64,000 bases of DNA from a virus. Lineage: Duplodnaviria > Caudoviricetes. This document shows, one piece after another, positions 1-9,275 of the stretch. The position numbers and the translations under genes were made by a program. Where the stretch lies: IMG/VR virus record IMGVR_UViG_3300010365_001248, positions 1 through 64,000 of that record; one strand, given 5' to 3'. The notes beneath the pieces are model-generated. The model did not search any database and was not told the origin of the DNA. It saw only the letters and a list, made by a program, of their open reading frames with translations. How positions within the stretch are numbered: the stretch's first letter is position 1; each line of letters opens with the position of its first letter.

Positions 1-121
1 CTTTATTTCCTTTAGGGTCTTTCATTTGTATAGTTAAGTCTGTATCCACTAAATCCATAGGAGAATTAATCTCCCATGAAATAGCGATATCTTTACCTAT
101 TCTTATTCTTTTATTTGTCAT
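1..121 (-). CDS. N-terminus of a probable tail/virion protein (runs off window)
   Basis: Minus-strand frame MTNKRIRIGKDIAISWEINSPMDLVDTDLTIQMKDPKGNK is open to the window edge and co-oriented with the neighbouring tail-like genes. Confidence 0.55.
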   Translation of the reverse strand, partial: MTNKRIRIGKDIAISWEINSPMDLVDTDLTIQMKDPKGNK

Positions 122-162
122 AATCATTCCACTGTTTATAAGTTATTGTACTATGTTTCATA

Positions 163-879
163 TTACAATTCTCCCCACGTAAATTCTCCTGTTCCTGCGT
201 TAGTATAAAAGACATCATTCACTAAGTCATACATACCTGGCTTATTATCTGAGTTGCGTAACATAGGAATTAAATATCTTACTACTACACCATTATCCTT
301 TATTGTACAATTATAGAACCTTCCTACCATTGTTCTCTTGTCTGTTCCGTCTTCTCTCGTATATCCTGCTTTATAAGCTGACAAAGTAGTAAATAGATAG
401 ATATAAGAGCCAGATAGGAATGAAGAACCAGGAGTGTAAGTTAGAATTTTAGTTTCGTCTACATATAAGTCTCCTCCTTTTGCTATCTTAACGGTGTGGA
501 TATTTGTATTTTCGAGAGCGGTTTTAATGGCAGGATAAGCTGTAGAGGCTTCTCCATATTGATAGTTTCCATCTCTTTCCCACAAACTTATACCATTCAG
601 TACAGCTGTTCGCCCTCCTATTATAGCTCGAGTATTACTTCCCCATCCTGGTTGATAAAAAGGAATTTGGTCAGACTTATACTTAAAATCTATCTCTATA
701 TTAGTGTTAGACTCATAGCCCGTATTAATATATTGTTCTCCATCTCCATGAATATACTCCACTTTTCTAAAACCATCGGGCACTTTATACCAGATTATAT
801 TTCCATTCGCATCTTGTATCTTCTTAACTTCTTTTCCTACCGTGTTATCATAGATACTTTTTACATTATTCATATCCAT
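163..879 (-). CDS. Tail-associated concanavalin/LamG-like beta-sandwich protein
   Basis: 238 aa with EYIHGDGEQYINTG and GMYDLVNDVFYTNAGTGEF motifs, typical of Bacteroidetes-phage tail fibre modules. Confidence 0.6.
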   Translation of the reverse strand: MDMNNVKSIYDNTVGKEVKKIQDANGNIIWYKVPDGFRKVEYIHGDGEQYINTGYESNTNIEIDFKYKSDQIPFYQPGWGSNTRAIIGGRTAVLNGISLWERDGNYQYGEASTAYPAIKTALENTNIHTVKIAKGGDLYVDETKILTYTPGSSFLSGSYIYLFTTLSAYKAGYTREDGTDKRTMVGRFYNCTIKDNGVVVRYLIPMLRNSDNKPGMYDLVNDVFYTNAGTGEFTWGEL

Positions 880-883
880 AGTA

Positions 884-1618
884 TTACGAATTAGAAGTTA
901 ATAGGTTATAAGTCTGTGTAGTGTCGTCATCATAAGTAAAGGTAAAAGAAACTGGCTGTCCTATCTTATTATCTACTGTAATTATAGCATTATAAACTCC
1001 ACCAGAAGAAACTGCATTATTACTATTTTGTGTAGGAGTAGGGTCTATAGTAATACTTGCATCACTACCATCTTCCGTTGTAGTTCCATTATTATCTGTA
1101 TTAGTATTTAATACTGGTCTAATAGATCTTCCATAAAATCTTTCTGAATGATTTTCATAATAAATAGCATTTTTAAAGAAATAAAGATAACAAGCATAGA
1201 ATTGTCCATCAATTATAGTAGAAGTCCAATAATTACCCCATATTCCTTTATCTACAATATCTGTTTTTAGTTTATATCCATCTGTACCTAAAAATATAGA
1301 ATTAGTATTTTTATTACTAGTTATAGTATAACCTAAAAGGTTATTATCCCATTTCCAAGTACATTCAGACATTAATTCTAAAAATTGTTCTTTAGTTGGT
1401 ATAGAAAAAGAATGATTACTTATAATATTGCCTTTGTAATCACATAAACCTTCAGATATTAATTTCTTTTTATCTTTATAAAAAGTAATTGAATTATCTA
1501 AAGTATAAGATTCTTTTTCTTTAAATTCACCAAAAGCATAATATCCAGGTAAATTCTAATTTGCCCATAAAGTGCCAGAAGTTAAACCTAGATCTACATA
1601 TTCAAATTTATCTTCCAT
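884..1618 (-). CDS. DUF1566/Fib_succ_major-like (C-type-lectin-fold) protein, 244 aa with one in-frame TAG
   Basis: ATG at 1618 gives MEDKFEYVDLGLTSGTLWAN(TAG)NLPGYYAFGE...PTKEQFLELMSECTWKW, in frame with track ORF 884..1372. The only interruption is the TAG at 1558-1556. Family motifs YVDLGL.SGTLWA, GNYWTST and GRSIRPV are present. Confidence 0.8.
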
Positions 1619-1728
1619 ACAATTTTTAATTTAAATTAATAAATCTATGCAATATTATAATTTATTTATTATACTATTGTAGGATAATCTGCTAGATTAG
1701 ATATATGGTTATATAATAATATTATATT

Positions 1729-2685
1729 ATGCCAAATTTAAAAAATAAAGGATACGATCGTTATAATTACATGGATAAATTAAAAGCAAGACGAGATGTT
1801 ACTAATATTAATAATCCAGAACTAGAAAAGAAGGTTTTTGCAATTAAAATCATGAGTGATGAGTATAAAGCTAATAAACAAGCTTATGATTTATATTTGC
1901 AACAAGGTTATAAAAATCCTATGTCTTTTTAGGATTTTATTAAAATTAAATCTCAGAATTATACTCCTAAAATGCATTATATAGGTCCAGCTACAAAATC
2001 TATAGAATAGATAAAAGCTGAGGAAAGAAAAAGATAGCTAGCTACATAGTGTAGATATAATAATATATTACTTTATGGGACACCTAATGGAGGAAGAGAT
2101 TGGTCAGATGATTAGGTAATTTCTGCTGCAAATAGCCTATAGAATTGTGTAACATTCCCTTTAAGTTTTACAAAAGTGGCTCCTCTTACTGCAGCTGCTG
2201 ATTATTATAGAAATTTTAATGATTCTAAGTTAGGAACTGTCTATGATGCTACATCTTTAGTAGCTCATGCTATTAATCCTAAATTGGCTGTTGCAATGAA
2301 TGTTGCTCCTATTCCTTTTGCAGTTAATGATATGTATTAGAAAGGAATTTCAATAGATAATAGTTTAGATTTAGCTGGAGGAGGTTTCGCTATAGCTGAT
2401 AAAACTATAAGATCTTTATTATAGAAACGTCTTCCTAGAAAAATGCGATTTAATATGGATTATGGTATATGGGGATAGGGCGAACCTGTAGCGGCTTGGA
2501 TTGAGCGAGCTTCTGTTCCTAGGGAGAGGCGTCGTTTAATAAAAAAAGGAAGACATGGATTTGATCCAGTTTCTGAAAAGTATAGAAAATATACATATCC
2601 TATAGGAGTTTTTCAAACTGCTCCTTTTATAGTTAATTTAGGAGAAAATGCTAAAAATATTTATGATCATGCAACTAAAGAATAA
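1729..2685 (+). CDS. Hypothetical late protein, 318 aa with TAG read-through
   Basis: Frame is open from ATG 1729 to TAA 2683-2685 with 9 in-frame TAG and no internal TAA/TGA. The N-terminus is paralogous to the next gene. Confidence 0.8.
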
Positions 2686-2742
2686 AAATTGCTCATTAAA
2701 TAAAAATAATTTAGATATTTATAATTATAAAATATTAATTAC

Positions 2743-4371
2743 TTGGATAAATTAAAAGCAAGACGAGATGTTACTAATATTAATACTCCAGTACTAGATT
2801 AGAATATTTTTGCAATTCCTGAGGAATATACTCCTAAAATGCTTTATATAGGTCCAGCTGGAGAAGATCTTCCAGAAGTATTAAAAAGAAAATATGCAAA
2901 GGAGGCTTATTATTATGAGCAAGAAATTAAATATTAGAAACAGAAAGAAAAAGCACTGAAAGAATTAGAAAGATTTGCAGAAATTAGTTCTCCTAGTACA
3001 TATATTAATTTAGCTGCAGATAAATTAAGAGGGAAACCTTATGGAACTACTAGTAGTTAGTTACCTTCGGAAGTTAAAATGCTAGAAGATATATTAGTTC
3101 CTTCAGCTGGAGGTTTAGCAGTTAAAGGAGGTAAAAGCTTAATTAGAGGAAGCATAGATTTAGCAAAGAAACCAATTACTAATTATTTATAGAAAAAGGA
3201 TCCTATACTTTGGGAATTATCGGGGAAAGATTTTTCAAAAATACCTGATATTACAATTACTCCTAAAAATATAAAGTTTTTATATAGTCCTAGTTTTTCT
3301 GAAGCGTTGCCTAATGCAAATTTTAAAATGACCCCGTTAGTTAAAAGATTAATATAGGCAAAACCTACTAAAAAATTAATTAAACATTTATAGGGAGAAG
3401 AAGCAGTAAAAATGTTTAAAGATTATGGAGGAATGAAAATTCCTGAAGGCTCTATAAATGGTGAATAGCTTTTAAAATATGTTCCTGAAGTTAGAGAAAG
3501 ATACGGTTTAGTAGGTAATACAAATATTTCTGATCAAGAAATAGCTGAAGCTTTATATAAACATGTAAAAGAATTAGGAGGTAATACAGCAGCAGTAAAT
3601 GCTTAGGGAGAACCCTAGTTACTATTTAGAGGAGATACTAAAAGGTATACTTAGTTAGTTCCACACGGAATTGAGGTAAAACCTACTGACGCTTGGGCAG
3701 ATAATTTATTAGGAACATTATTTTTAGATAGACATGGAATTGGAGAATATGGAGGACCTGATAGATATTTAATTAAATATAATTAATATAGACAATTAAT
3801 AGGACCTTATAATTCAGGAATAGAAATTATGTCTCCTAGTATAGGAAATAAAAAAGGAATATATAAAAATTTACCTGAAGAAAATTTTATTAAAACTCCT
3901 AATGAATATTTTTATAAAAAAACAGATGGTTATCCTATACTTATAAATTATAGAACTTCTATATCTAAAGTTCCTAGTGAAAATTTTCCATCACCTTATA
4001 GTAATGATTTAAATGGATTTGTTGTTAGAACTCCTAAAGTATATGATATGACAGATGAATTTAATTTATATGGAGATTATGCTTCTATGCAAAAAATTAA
4101 AAACAAAGCAAATAAAGAAAAGTCAGGATTACTTATTTCTAAACCTGCTTATAAAGAAATTAATGGAGAAAAAATTCCTATGCATAGAGATGAACATGAT
4201 AAATTTACATATATAGCATTACCCGATGATAAATTAAGAACAGCAAAACATATTTTACCCTATGATTTAAGAATTCCAAGAGATTGGACTGATCCTAATA
4301 TTTATAGAGTAGCTATTCCTGTAGGAATAGGTTCTCAATTTATGAATAAAGATTATAAACTATCTTTTTAA
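2743..4371 (+). CDS. TAG-recoded protein with an ADP-ribosyltransferase-like (ART-PolyVal-like) C-terminal region; one in-frame TAA at 3784
   Basis: TTG 2743 aligns with the ATG of the upstream paralog (DKLKARRDVTNIN). There are 10 in-frame TAG up to TAA 3784-3786, and the same frame continues into track ORF 3829..4371. Motifs VNA(Q)GEP(Q)LLFRGD and a terminal DPNIYR are present. Confidence 0.6.
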
Positions 4372-4374
4372 ACT

Positions 4375-4404
4375 AAAATAGCCTCCTAAGTGGAGGCTAT
4401 TTTT
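4375..4404. terminator. Bidirectional intrinsic terminator
   Basis: AAAATAGCCTCC-TAAGT-GGAGGCTATTTT between convergent genes. Confidence 0.85.
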
Positions 4405-5242
4405 ATTTTATAGTTAATTTAATTCCAGAACCTATCATTACTGAAGGTTTCCAATTTAATTCTTTATATAATTTTGTTGTATCTGCACAAGTACATTCTA
4501 CATCTTCTTGAGGAGGTTTAGAAAATTTAATAGGAGAATTTAATTTATACCCTAATTCCATTAATCTAAGACTAATCATATTAAATAAAGTAATTACAGG
4601 TACTGAAATACCTGTACCTATATTAAATATTTCATGCCCCTCCCCCTTTCTATTGGAAAGTAATTTAATTCCTTTAACAATATCTGTAATATAAGTGAAA
4701 TCTCTTGAACAAGCATTAATTGTTATAGGTTTTTGTTCTTTTAGAAGTTTAATAAATTTTTGTATAGCCATATCTGGTCTACTATCAGGACCATATACTG
4801 TAAAAAATCTCAACCCTGTAATTTTCATATCTTTACTAAATGTATTAGCTAATACCTCATCAGATAATTTTGTACAAGCATAATAAGAAATAGGATGTAG
4901 ATCTATTGTATTTTCAGATTGATGAGTTTGACTACCATAAACTGAAGAAGATGAAGCATACATTAAGTGTTTAACTTTATATTTCTTGCACATAGTCAGA
5001 ATATTAAAGAATCCCCTAATATTTACATCCCCCTGTAGGGCTTTATTTGGCTCCCTTACACCAGGTATTGCAGCTAGGTGGATAACTAGGTCATAATTAT
5101 TCTGAAATACTTTATCTAAAAATTTTAAATCTAGAATACTACCTGTATAAGTAGCATCATGTAAATCTAAGCCATCAGCTTGTATAAATTTTATTAAATT
5201 GCTGCCAATAAAGCCAGTACTACCAGTTATTAATGTTTTCAT
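4403..5242 (-). CDS. NAD-dependent nucleotide-sugar epimerase/dehydratase (UDP-glucuronate 4-epimerase-like)
   Basis: Rossmann motif GSTGFIG, HLAAIPGVR, ASSSSVYG, catalytic YACTK, and LRFFTVYGP..RPDMA. Confidence 0.92.
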   Translation of the reverse strand: MKTLITGSTGFIGSNLIKFIQADGLDLHDATYTGSILDLKFLDKVFQNNYDLVIHLAAIPGVREPNKALQGDVNIRGFFNILTMCKKYKVKHLMYASSSSVYGSQTHQSENTIDLHPISYYACTKLSDEVLANTFSKDMKITGLRFFTVYGPDSRPDMAIQKFIKLLKEQKPITINACSRDFTYITDIVKGIKLLSNRKGEGHEIFNIGTGISVPVITLFNMISLRLMELGYKLNSPIKFSKPPQEDVECTCADTTKLYKELNWKPSVMIGSGIKLTIK

Positions 5243-5322
5243 ATATCAATGATATATTTTATTTAGGGTATAAAAAATACCATGAGGAGGTTTAATTTTA
5301 ATTATTCTCATAGTATAAATTG

Positions 5323-5400
5323 TACCCTGAAGTAGGTATTTAAATACCCTGAAATGGGTATCTAGATACTCCGAGATAGGTATTTAAATACTCCGAGATA
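5323..5400. repeat. 22-bp iteron-like tandem array (3.5 copies)
   Basis: TACCCTGAAGTAGGTATTTAAA / TACCCTGAAATGGGTATCTAGA / TACTCCGAGATAGGTATTTAAA / TACTCCGAGATA. Confidence 0.85.
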
Positions 5401-5455
5401 TTTTATAATTAACTGAATTCTAATAAATTATGTAGAATTCCTTTCTTATTTATTT

Positions 5456-5911
5456 ATGGCAGAATATACTAAAATTAAAACTCAAACAGAATCAGTAGAT
5501 CCTTTAACAGGAGAGATATTAGTAACTAATACAGAACAAGTAATTAAATGTAAATCTAAAGAAGAGTTTTGTATGATATTTGTACAAGCTTTGCCAATAG
5601 TTAGTAAATTGACTCAAGCTGAAAGTAATATATTAGTTTTTATGATGTTAAAAGCAGATTTTTATGCTGAAGGAGAAATTGGTAATAGAATTAGTTATAC
5701 AAATACTTTTAAAGCTATGTTAGTTAAAGAAACTGGGCTTTCTTTAGAAACAATAAAGAAAGCAGTTACTAAATTAATTAATAAATCTTTACTTTTAAAG
5801 GCAAAAAATGATCGACAAACTTTTTATTTAAACCCTAAATATTTCTTTCAGGGAAATTTAGGAGATAGAACTAAGGCAATTAGTATAACAACTAAATATT
5901 TATTAGAATGA
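5456..5911 (+). CDS. RepL-like winged-helix replication/maintenance protein
   Basis: N-terminal VDPLTGEI, HTH GLSLETIKKAVTKL, and C-terminal YLNPKYFFQG typical of RepL. Confidence 0.75.
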   Translation: MAEYTKIKTQTESVDPLTGEILVTNTEQVIKCKSKEEFCMIFVQALPIVSKLTQAESNILVFMMLKADFYAEGEIGNRISYTNTFKAMLVKETGLSLETIKKAVTKLINKSLLLKAKNDRQTFYLNPKYFFQGNLGDRTKAISITTKYLLE

Positions 5912-6510
5912 TTTATTTAATAGAACAAGATAACTATTATAAAATAGGATACACTTCTAATTTAGAAAGAAGATTAAAAGAATATTCTACCCATAATATT
6001 AATTTTAAATTAATAGATACTATAGAAGGAGATAAATCTTTTGAAGATTTATTACATAAAAAGTTTAAACATTTAAAATATAATAATGAATGGGTTCATA
6101 AGAATGATGAGATCCTAAAGTATTTTAAAAATACTAAAGGTATAAAAGAGATTCCTAAAGATTTTGTATATATGTTTCCTGCAGTTTTAGATAAATTAGG
6201 GGAATTAACTGAAGCTAGTTTTAAAACTTTACAATATATTGTTTTAAATGCGGGATTTGCAGGAAACCCCCCGATAGGTAATATTTTTAACTTAAATGGT
6301 TTTTATGAAGATATTATAGAAAAAACTCAATTAAAAAAATCTGCTATTACTAAAGCCTTAAAAAAATTGGTAGAAGTTACATTATTAATTAAAGATAAAA
6401 AAGCAAGAGGAATTTATTATGTAAACCCCCTTTATTTTTGGAAAGGTAAACTTAGTGATCGGATTAATTCTATTGATGTTAGTTATAAATATGTATTGAA
6501 AGAGGAATAA
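5908..6510 (+). CDS. GIY-YIG/T5orf172-like domain fused to a RepL-like domain
   Basis: N-terminus IYLI...YKIGYT.NLERRL...E..LHKKF...NEW; C-terminus YYVNPLYFWKG is paralogous to the preceding gene. Confidence 0.75.
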   Translation: MIYLIEQDNYYKIGYTSNLERRLKEYSTHNINFKLIDTIEGDKSFEDLLHKKFKHLKYNNEWVHKNDEILKYFKNTKGIKEIPKDFVYMFPAVLDKLGELTEASFKTLQYIVLNAGFAGNPPIGNIFNLNGFYEDIIEKTQLKKSAITKALKKLVEVTLLIKDKKARGIYYVNPLYFWKGKLSDRINSIDVSYKYVLKEE

Positions 6511-6591
6511 ATCAGGAAGTGAGTGTATAGGAAGTGAGTGAATAGGGAGTAGATATCCTATTTTGTGCCCCCTGGGTCACAAAATGGGAAA

Positions 6592-6618
6592 CTAGCATGT
6601 ATATATTTCTAAAACAAC
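6592..6618 (+). promoter_or_regulatory. Conserved early-gene motif copy 1 (candidate phage RNAP promoter)
   Basis: CTAGCATGTATATATTTCT-N5-AAC directly after a hairpin at ~6557-6588. Confidence 0.6.
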
Positions 6619-6816
6619 GTAGTTGTTTAACACGTATTGTGGAAAAACACTAGAATGTGAAGAATAGTAGCATTTTATGATGTGTCAGTACTAATATTTG
6701 TTTTAATAACTTGACATTGGGGAATAGCACCTAATAGCAGTCATAAAGACAGTGAACACGCAAAGCGGAGACAAGTCCACGCAACGCTTTTAATTAAATT
6801 ATTGCAGGGGCAAATT

Positions 6817-7116
6817 ATGGCAGATTTAATGTTAAAATTTTTGACAGCAGAATCTATAAGTGAACAATTGTACATCTTTTGCGGGCTTACAGGAGCGGGG
6901 GTTAGGTGCACACGTTTTTATGTGCGTAGACAAGGTTTTGAAATAACTGATAAAGCCATTACAATAGAAACGTTAAGGAATTTACCAAAAAATTATTTTA
7001 TTGAGAAATTTCTTGAGGGCTATGATAAGTGGCTTAATAAGCAAATAATGAATTTTGACCATTTAGGTTATTTACCAAGTGAAGACGCTCTGGCAGATTA
7101 TGAAGTAATTCTGTAG
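6817..7116 (+). CDS. Hypothetical early protein
   Basis: ORF track (ATG 6817 preferred). Ends in TAG; read-through would add 10 codons up to a TAA next to the terminator. Confidence 0.6.
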   Translation: MADLMLKFLTAESISEQLYIFCGLTGAGVRCTRFYVRRQGFEITDKAITIETLRNLPKNYFIEKFLEGYDKWLNKQIMNFDHLGYLPSEDALADYEVIL

Positions 7117-7144
7117 GATGACAAATTAAGTGTGAAAGTAAAAT

Positions 7145-7181
7145 AATAATCCTCAACCTTTTAGGTTGGGGATTATTTTTT
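7145..7181 (+). terminator. Intrinsic terminator
   Basis: AATAATCCTCAACC/GGTTGGGGATTATT hairpin followed by a T-run. Confidence 0.8.
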
Positions 7182-7195
7182 ATTAGTGCGTCTAC

Positions 7196-7222
7196 CTAGC
7201 AAGTATCTATTTCTGTATTAAC
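7196..7222 (+). promoter_or_regulatory. Conserved early-gene motif copy 2
   Basis: CTAGCAAGTATCTATTTCT-N5-AAC. Confidence 0.6.
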
Positions 7223-7304
7223 ATAAAGTTGTATATCAAATTAGCCAATTGATATACAATTAAGTTTAATTAATGCCCGTAAAGGACGGGTAGGCTAAAA
7301 GCAG

Positions 7305-7766
7305 ATGAAAAAAATAGTTATCATCGAACAAAAGATTAGTTCATCGAGTTTCGTTAGTTTAGTAAATTTCTCAGAACAACAAATTTGGGATGTTAGAGAG
7401 GCTATAATAAAAGCTGCCTTTTTGGCTTTTACTAAGTCTGACATATCAATTTTTCAAACTGAAAGGAATACCTTTCTTATAGCAAACAACTCTATGATGC
7501 CCGTTGAATTTTATAGATGGTCCATGCAACACTTCTTTAATGTACAAGCATTTACTAATGAAGAAGAACGAAGTTGCCAATTATCTACTCACGAAGTAAC
7601 TTCCAGAGATATTTTTATCTTTGCTGATGAATTATTAACTTTTAGAGGAGCAGATTTTGTGAGTGTTATCCGAAAAACTATAAAGGATAACATAGAAAAT
7701 ATATCAGATGTGTCACTTTTAATGAGTGTGCATTCTGCGTTCATAGAGCAGATTGATAAACTCTAA
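7305..7766 (+). CDS. Hypothetical early protein
   Basis: ORF track, 153 aa, flanked by the motif and a hairpin. Confidence 0.7.
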   Translation: MKKIVIIEQKISSSSFVSLVNFSEQQIWDVREAIIKAAFLAFTKSDISIFQTERNTFLIANNSMMPVEFYRWSMQHFFNVQAFTNEEERSCQLSTHEVTSRDIFIFADELLTFRGADFVSVIRKTIKDNIENISDVSLLMSVHSAFIEQIDKL

Positions 7767-7815
7767 AAGCTTTTAGTTTTGTGGGATAACTACCCACCAA
7801 ACTAAAGGTGGTTAA

Positions 7816-7842
7816 CTAGCAAGTATTTGTATCTATACTAAC
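7816..7842 (+). promoter_or_regulatory. Conserved early-gene motif copy 3
   Basis: CTAGCAAGTATTTGTATCT-N5-AAC after a hairpin at ~7770-7808. Confidence 0.6.
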
Positions 7843-7874
7843 GTAAAAGTATAATGTTTTAAAATTTTACGATT

Positions 7875-8432
7875 ATGGCAACAGCTAAGCGTGTGTCAAA
7901 TACCGACACCTTAAAGAAGGGTATCCAATTTTTCTCTGATGGAATGTTGTACACATTCTGCGGTTTTGATGATTCACAAGAAGACATCAAAACAAAGATT
8001 AACAATGTCGAAAAGTTCGACATTATGTTAATGTTCGAAGAACTCGATGCGGATAAAAAACCAACAGGTGTGGTTGTTAAAGTGTGCCATGGCACATTCT
8101 TAAAAACTATATCAACCGTCGTCAACGAGGACGGCGTGGCAAAAGTCAACCGTCGTAGTCAACCTCTTTATTCAGGGTCTTTGATTGACAAATACAAAAC
8201 GATGTGGCTAAAGTGTGTTACATACGGTGAGTGGAAACATGGTGCTGAACAGTTATTAAAAGATTTAATTTTTACGTGTGTGGTAACTCCACACACCGAC
8301 AGAATTAAAACGTACGATTATGAAAATAAGGTTTGGATTAAATCTTATAATGAGTCAAAAGACGGATGGACGAGTTATCAATTAGATGAACTAATTGAGA
8401 ATTCAACTATTTCAAAACCACAAAAGAATTAA
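7875..8432 (+). CDS. Hypothetical early protein
   Basis: ORF track, 185 aa; followed by a hairpin terminator at 8453-8487. Confidence 0.75.
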   Translation: MATAKRVSNTDTLKKGIQFFSDGMLYTFCGFDDSQEDIKTKINNVEKFDIMLMFEELDADKKPTGVVVKVCHGTFLKTISTVVNEDGVAKVNRRSQPLYSGSLIDKYKTMWLKCVTYGEWKHGAEQLLKDLIFTCVVTPHTDRIKTYDYENKVWIKSYNESKDGWTSYQLDELIENSTISKPQKN

Positions 8433-8537
8433 TTTCTTTGGCTCTGCAAATTTATCCTACACTACAAATGTAGTGTAGGATATTTTTATCCTAAAAATTC
8501 AAATTTGGGTAAAGCCCAATTTGAGTTTTGTGTCTAA

Positions 8538-8564
8538 CTAGCAAGTATGTATTTCTTCTAAAAC
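8538..8564 (+). promoter_or_regulatory. Conserved early-gene motif copy 4
   Basis: CTAGCAAGTATGTATTTCT-N5-AAC after a hairpin at ~8494-8529. Confidence 0.6.
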
Positions 8565-8590
8565 TTAGAACCAATTAATAAGTATTTATT

Positions 8591-9136
8591 ATGGAAAGAA
8601 ATGTAATTTCAAAGCAACTAGGTATGGAACCAGTTGCAGCTTTGCCATCAGATATGGCAAAACTAAAACCCACCATCAATGAAGAGGCAATTCTTCACGA
8701 TGGGGACGTAGTAACTATCCCAAGTGAAATTTCTTGGGGTAAAATGATGGTAAATGGTAAGGCAATTTATGCCGTACCTAGTTCTAAACTCAATGCAGCA
8801 GGTGTAGAAGAACCTTATGCATTGTTCCCTCATACCTACAGACGTCGTGTTACTGTAGGTCGTCTTGAAGGCTCAGCCTTTATAAAAGAAGAAGTCCTAA
8901 CAATCTTTAAAGGAACATTTGTTGATTTTTATAACGATTGTTATCTAAGGTCAGGAGATGTTCACGAACTAATGAGTAAGCTAAAAGGAAAGAAATTCCG
9001 TGCTACTCAAATTGGAACAGATTCACGTCCATCAATGGGATTCATTACTAAAGATGGAATTGTCAAAGCTTCTCCTTTAGCAGAACTTGCTGACCCTAGA
9101 GAAAAGAAGCTTTGGGACTTGGAACTTGTAGACTAA
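8591..9136 (+). CDS. Hypothetical early protein
   Basis: ORF track, 181 aa, AT-rich leader. Confidence 0.75.
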   Translation: MERNVISKQLGMEPVAALPSDMAKLKPTINEEAILHDGDVVTIPSEISWGKMMVNGKAIYAVPSSKLNAAGVEEPYALFPHTYRRRVTVGRLEGSAFIKEEVLTIFKGTFVDFYNDCYLRSGDVHELMSKLKGKKFRATQIGTDSRPSMGFITKDGIVKASPLAELADPREKKLWDLELVD

Positions 9137-9275
9137 TAGTCTCCCAGAAGGAAAACTGGGTTAACAAACCATTTTCTTAAACGGAAGACTGCTTGGAGTA
9201 CACTTTTAGTGTAGAGAGTCCGATTCTCTCCAGTCTACAATCAACGAATTCTACTTTTTTAAGTTAAACAATCTG

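Noticed and set aside
496-894. Plus-strand 132-aa ORF
   Set aside because: Antisense shadow of the motif-bearing minus-strand gene 163..879.
1729-3786. Pseudogene interpretation of the stop-riddled region
   Set aside because: The interruptions are almost exclusively TAG in one frame, which fits recoding rather than decay.
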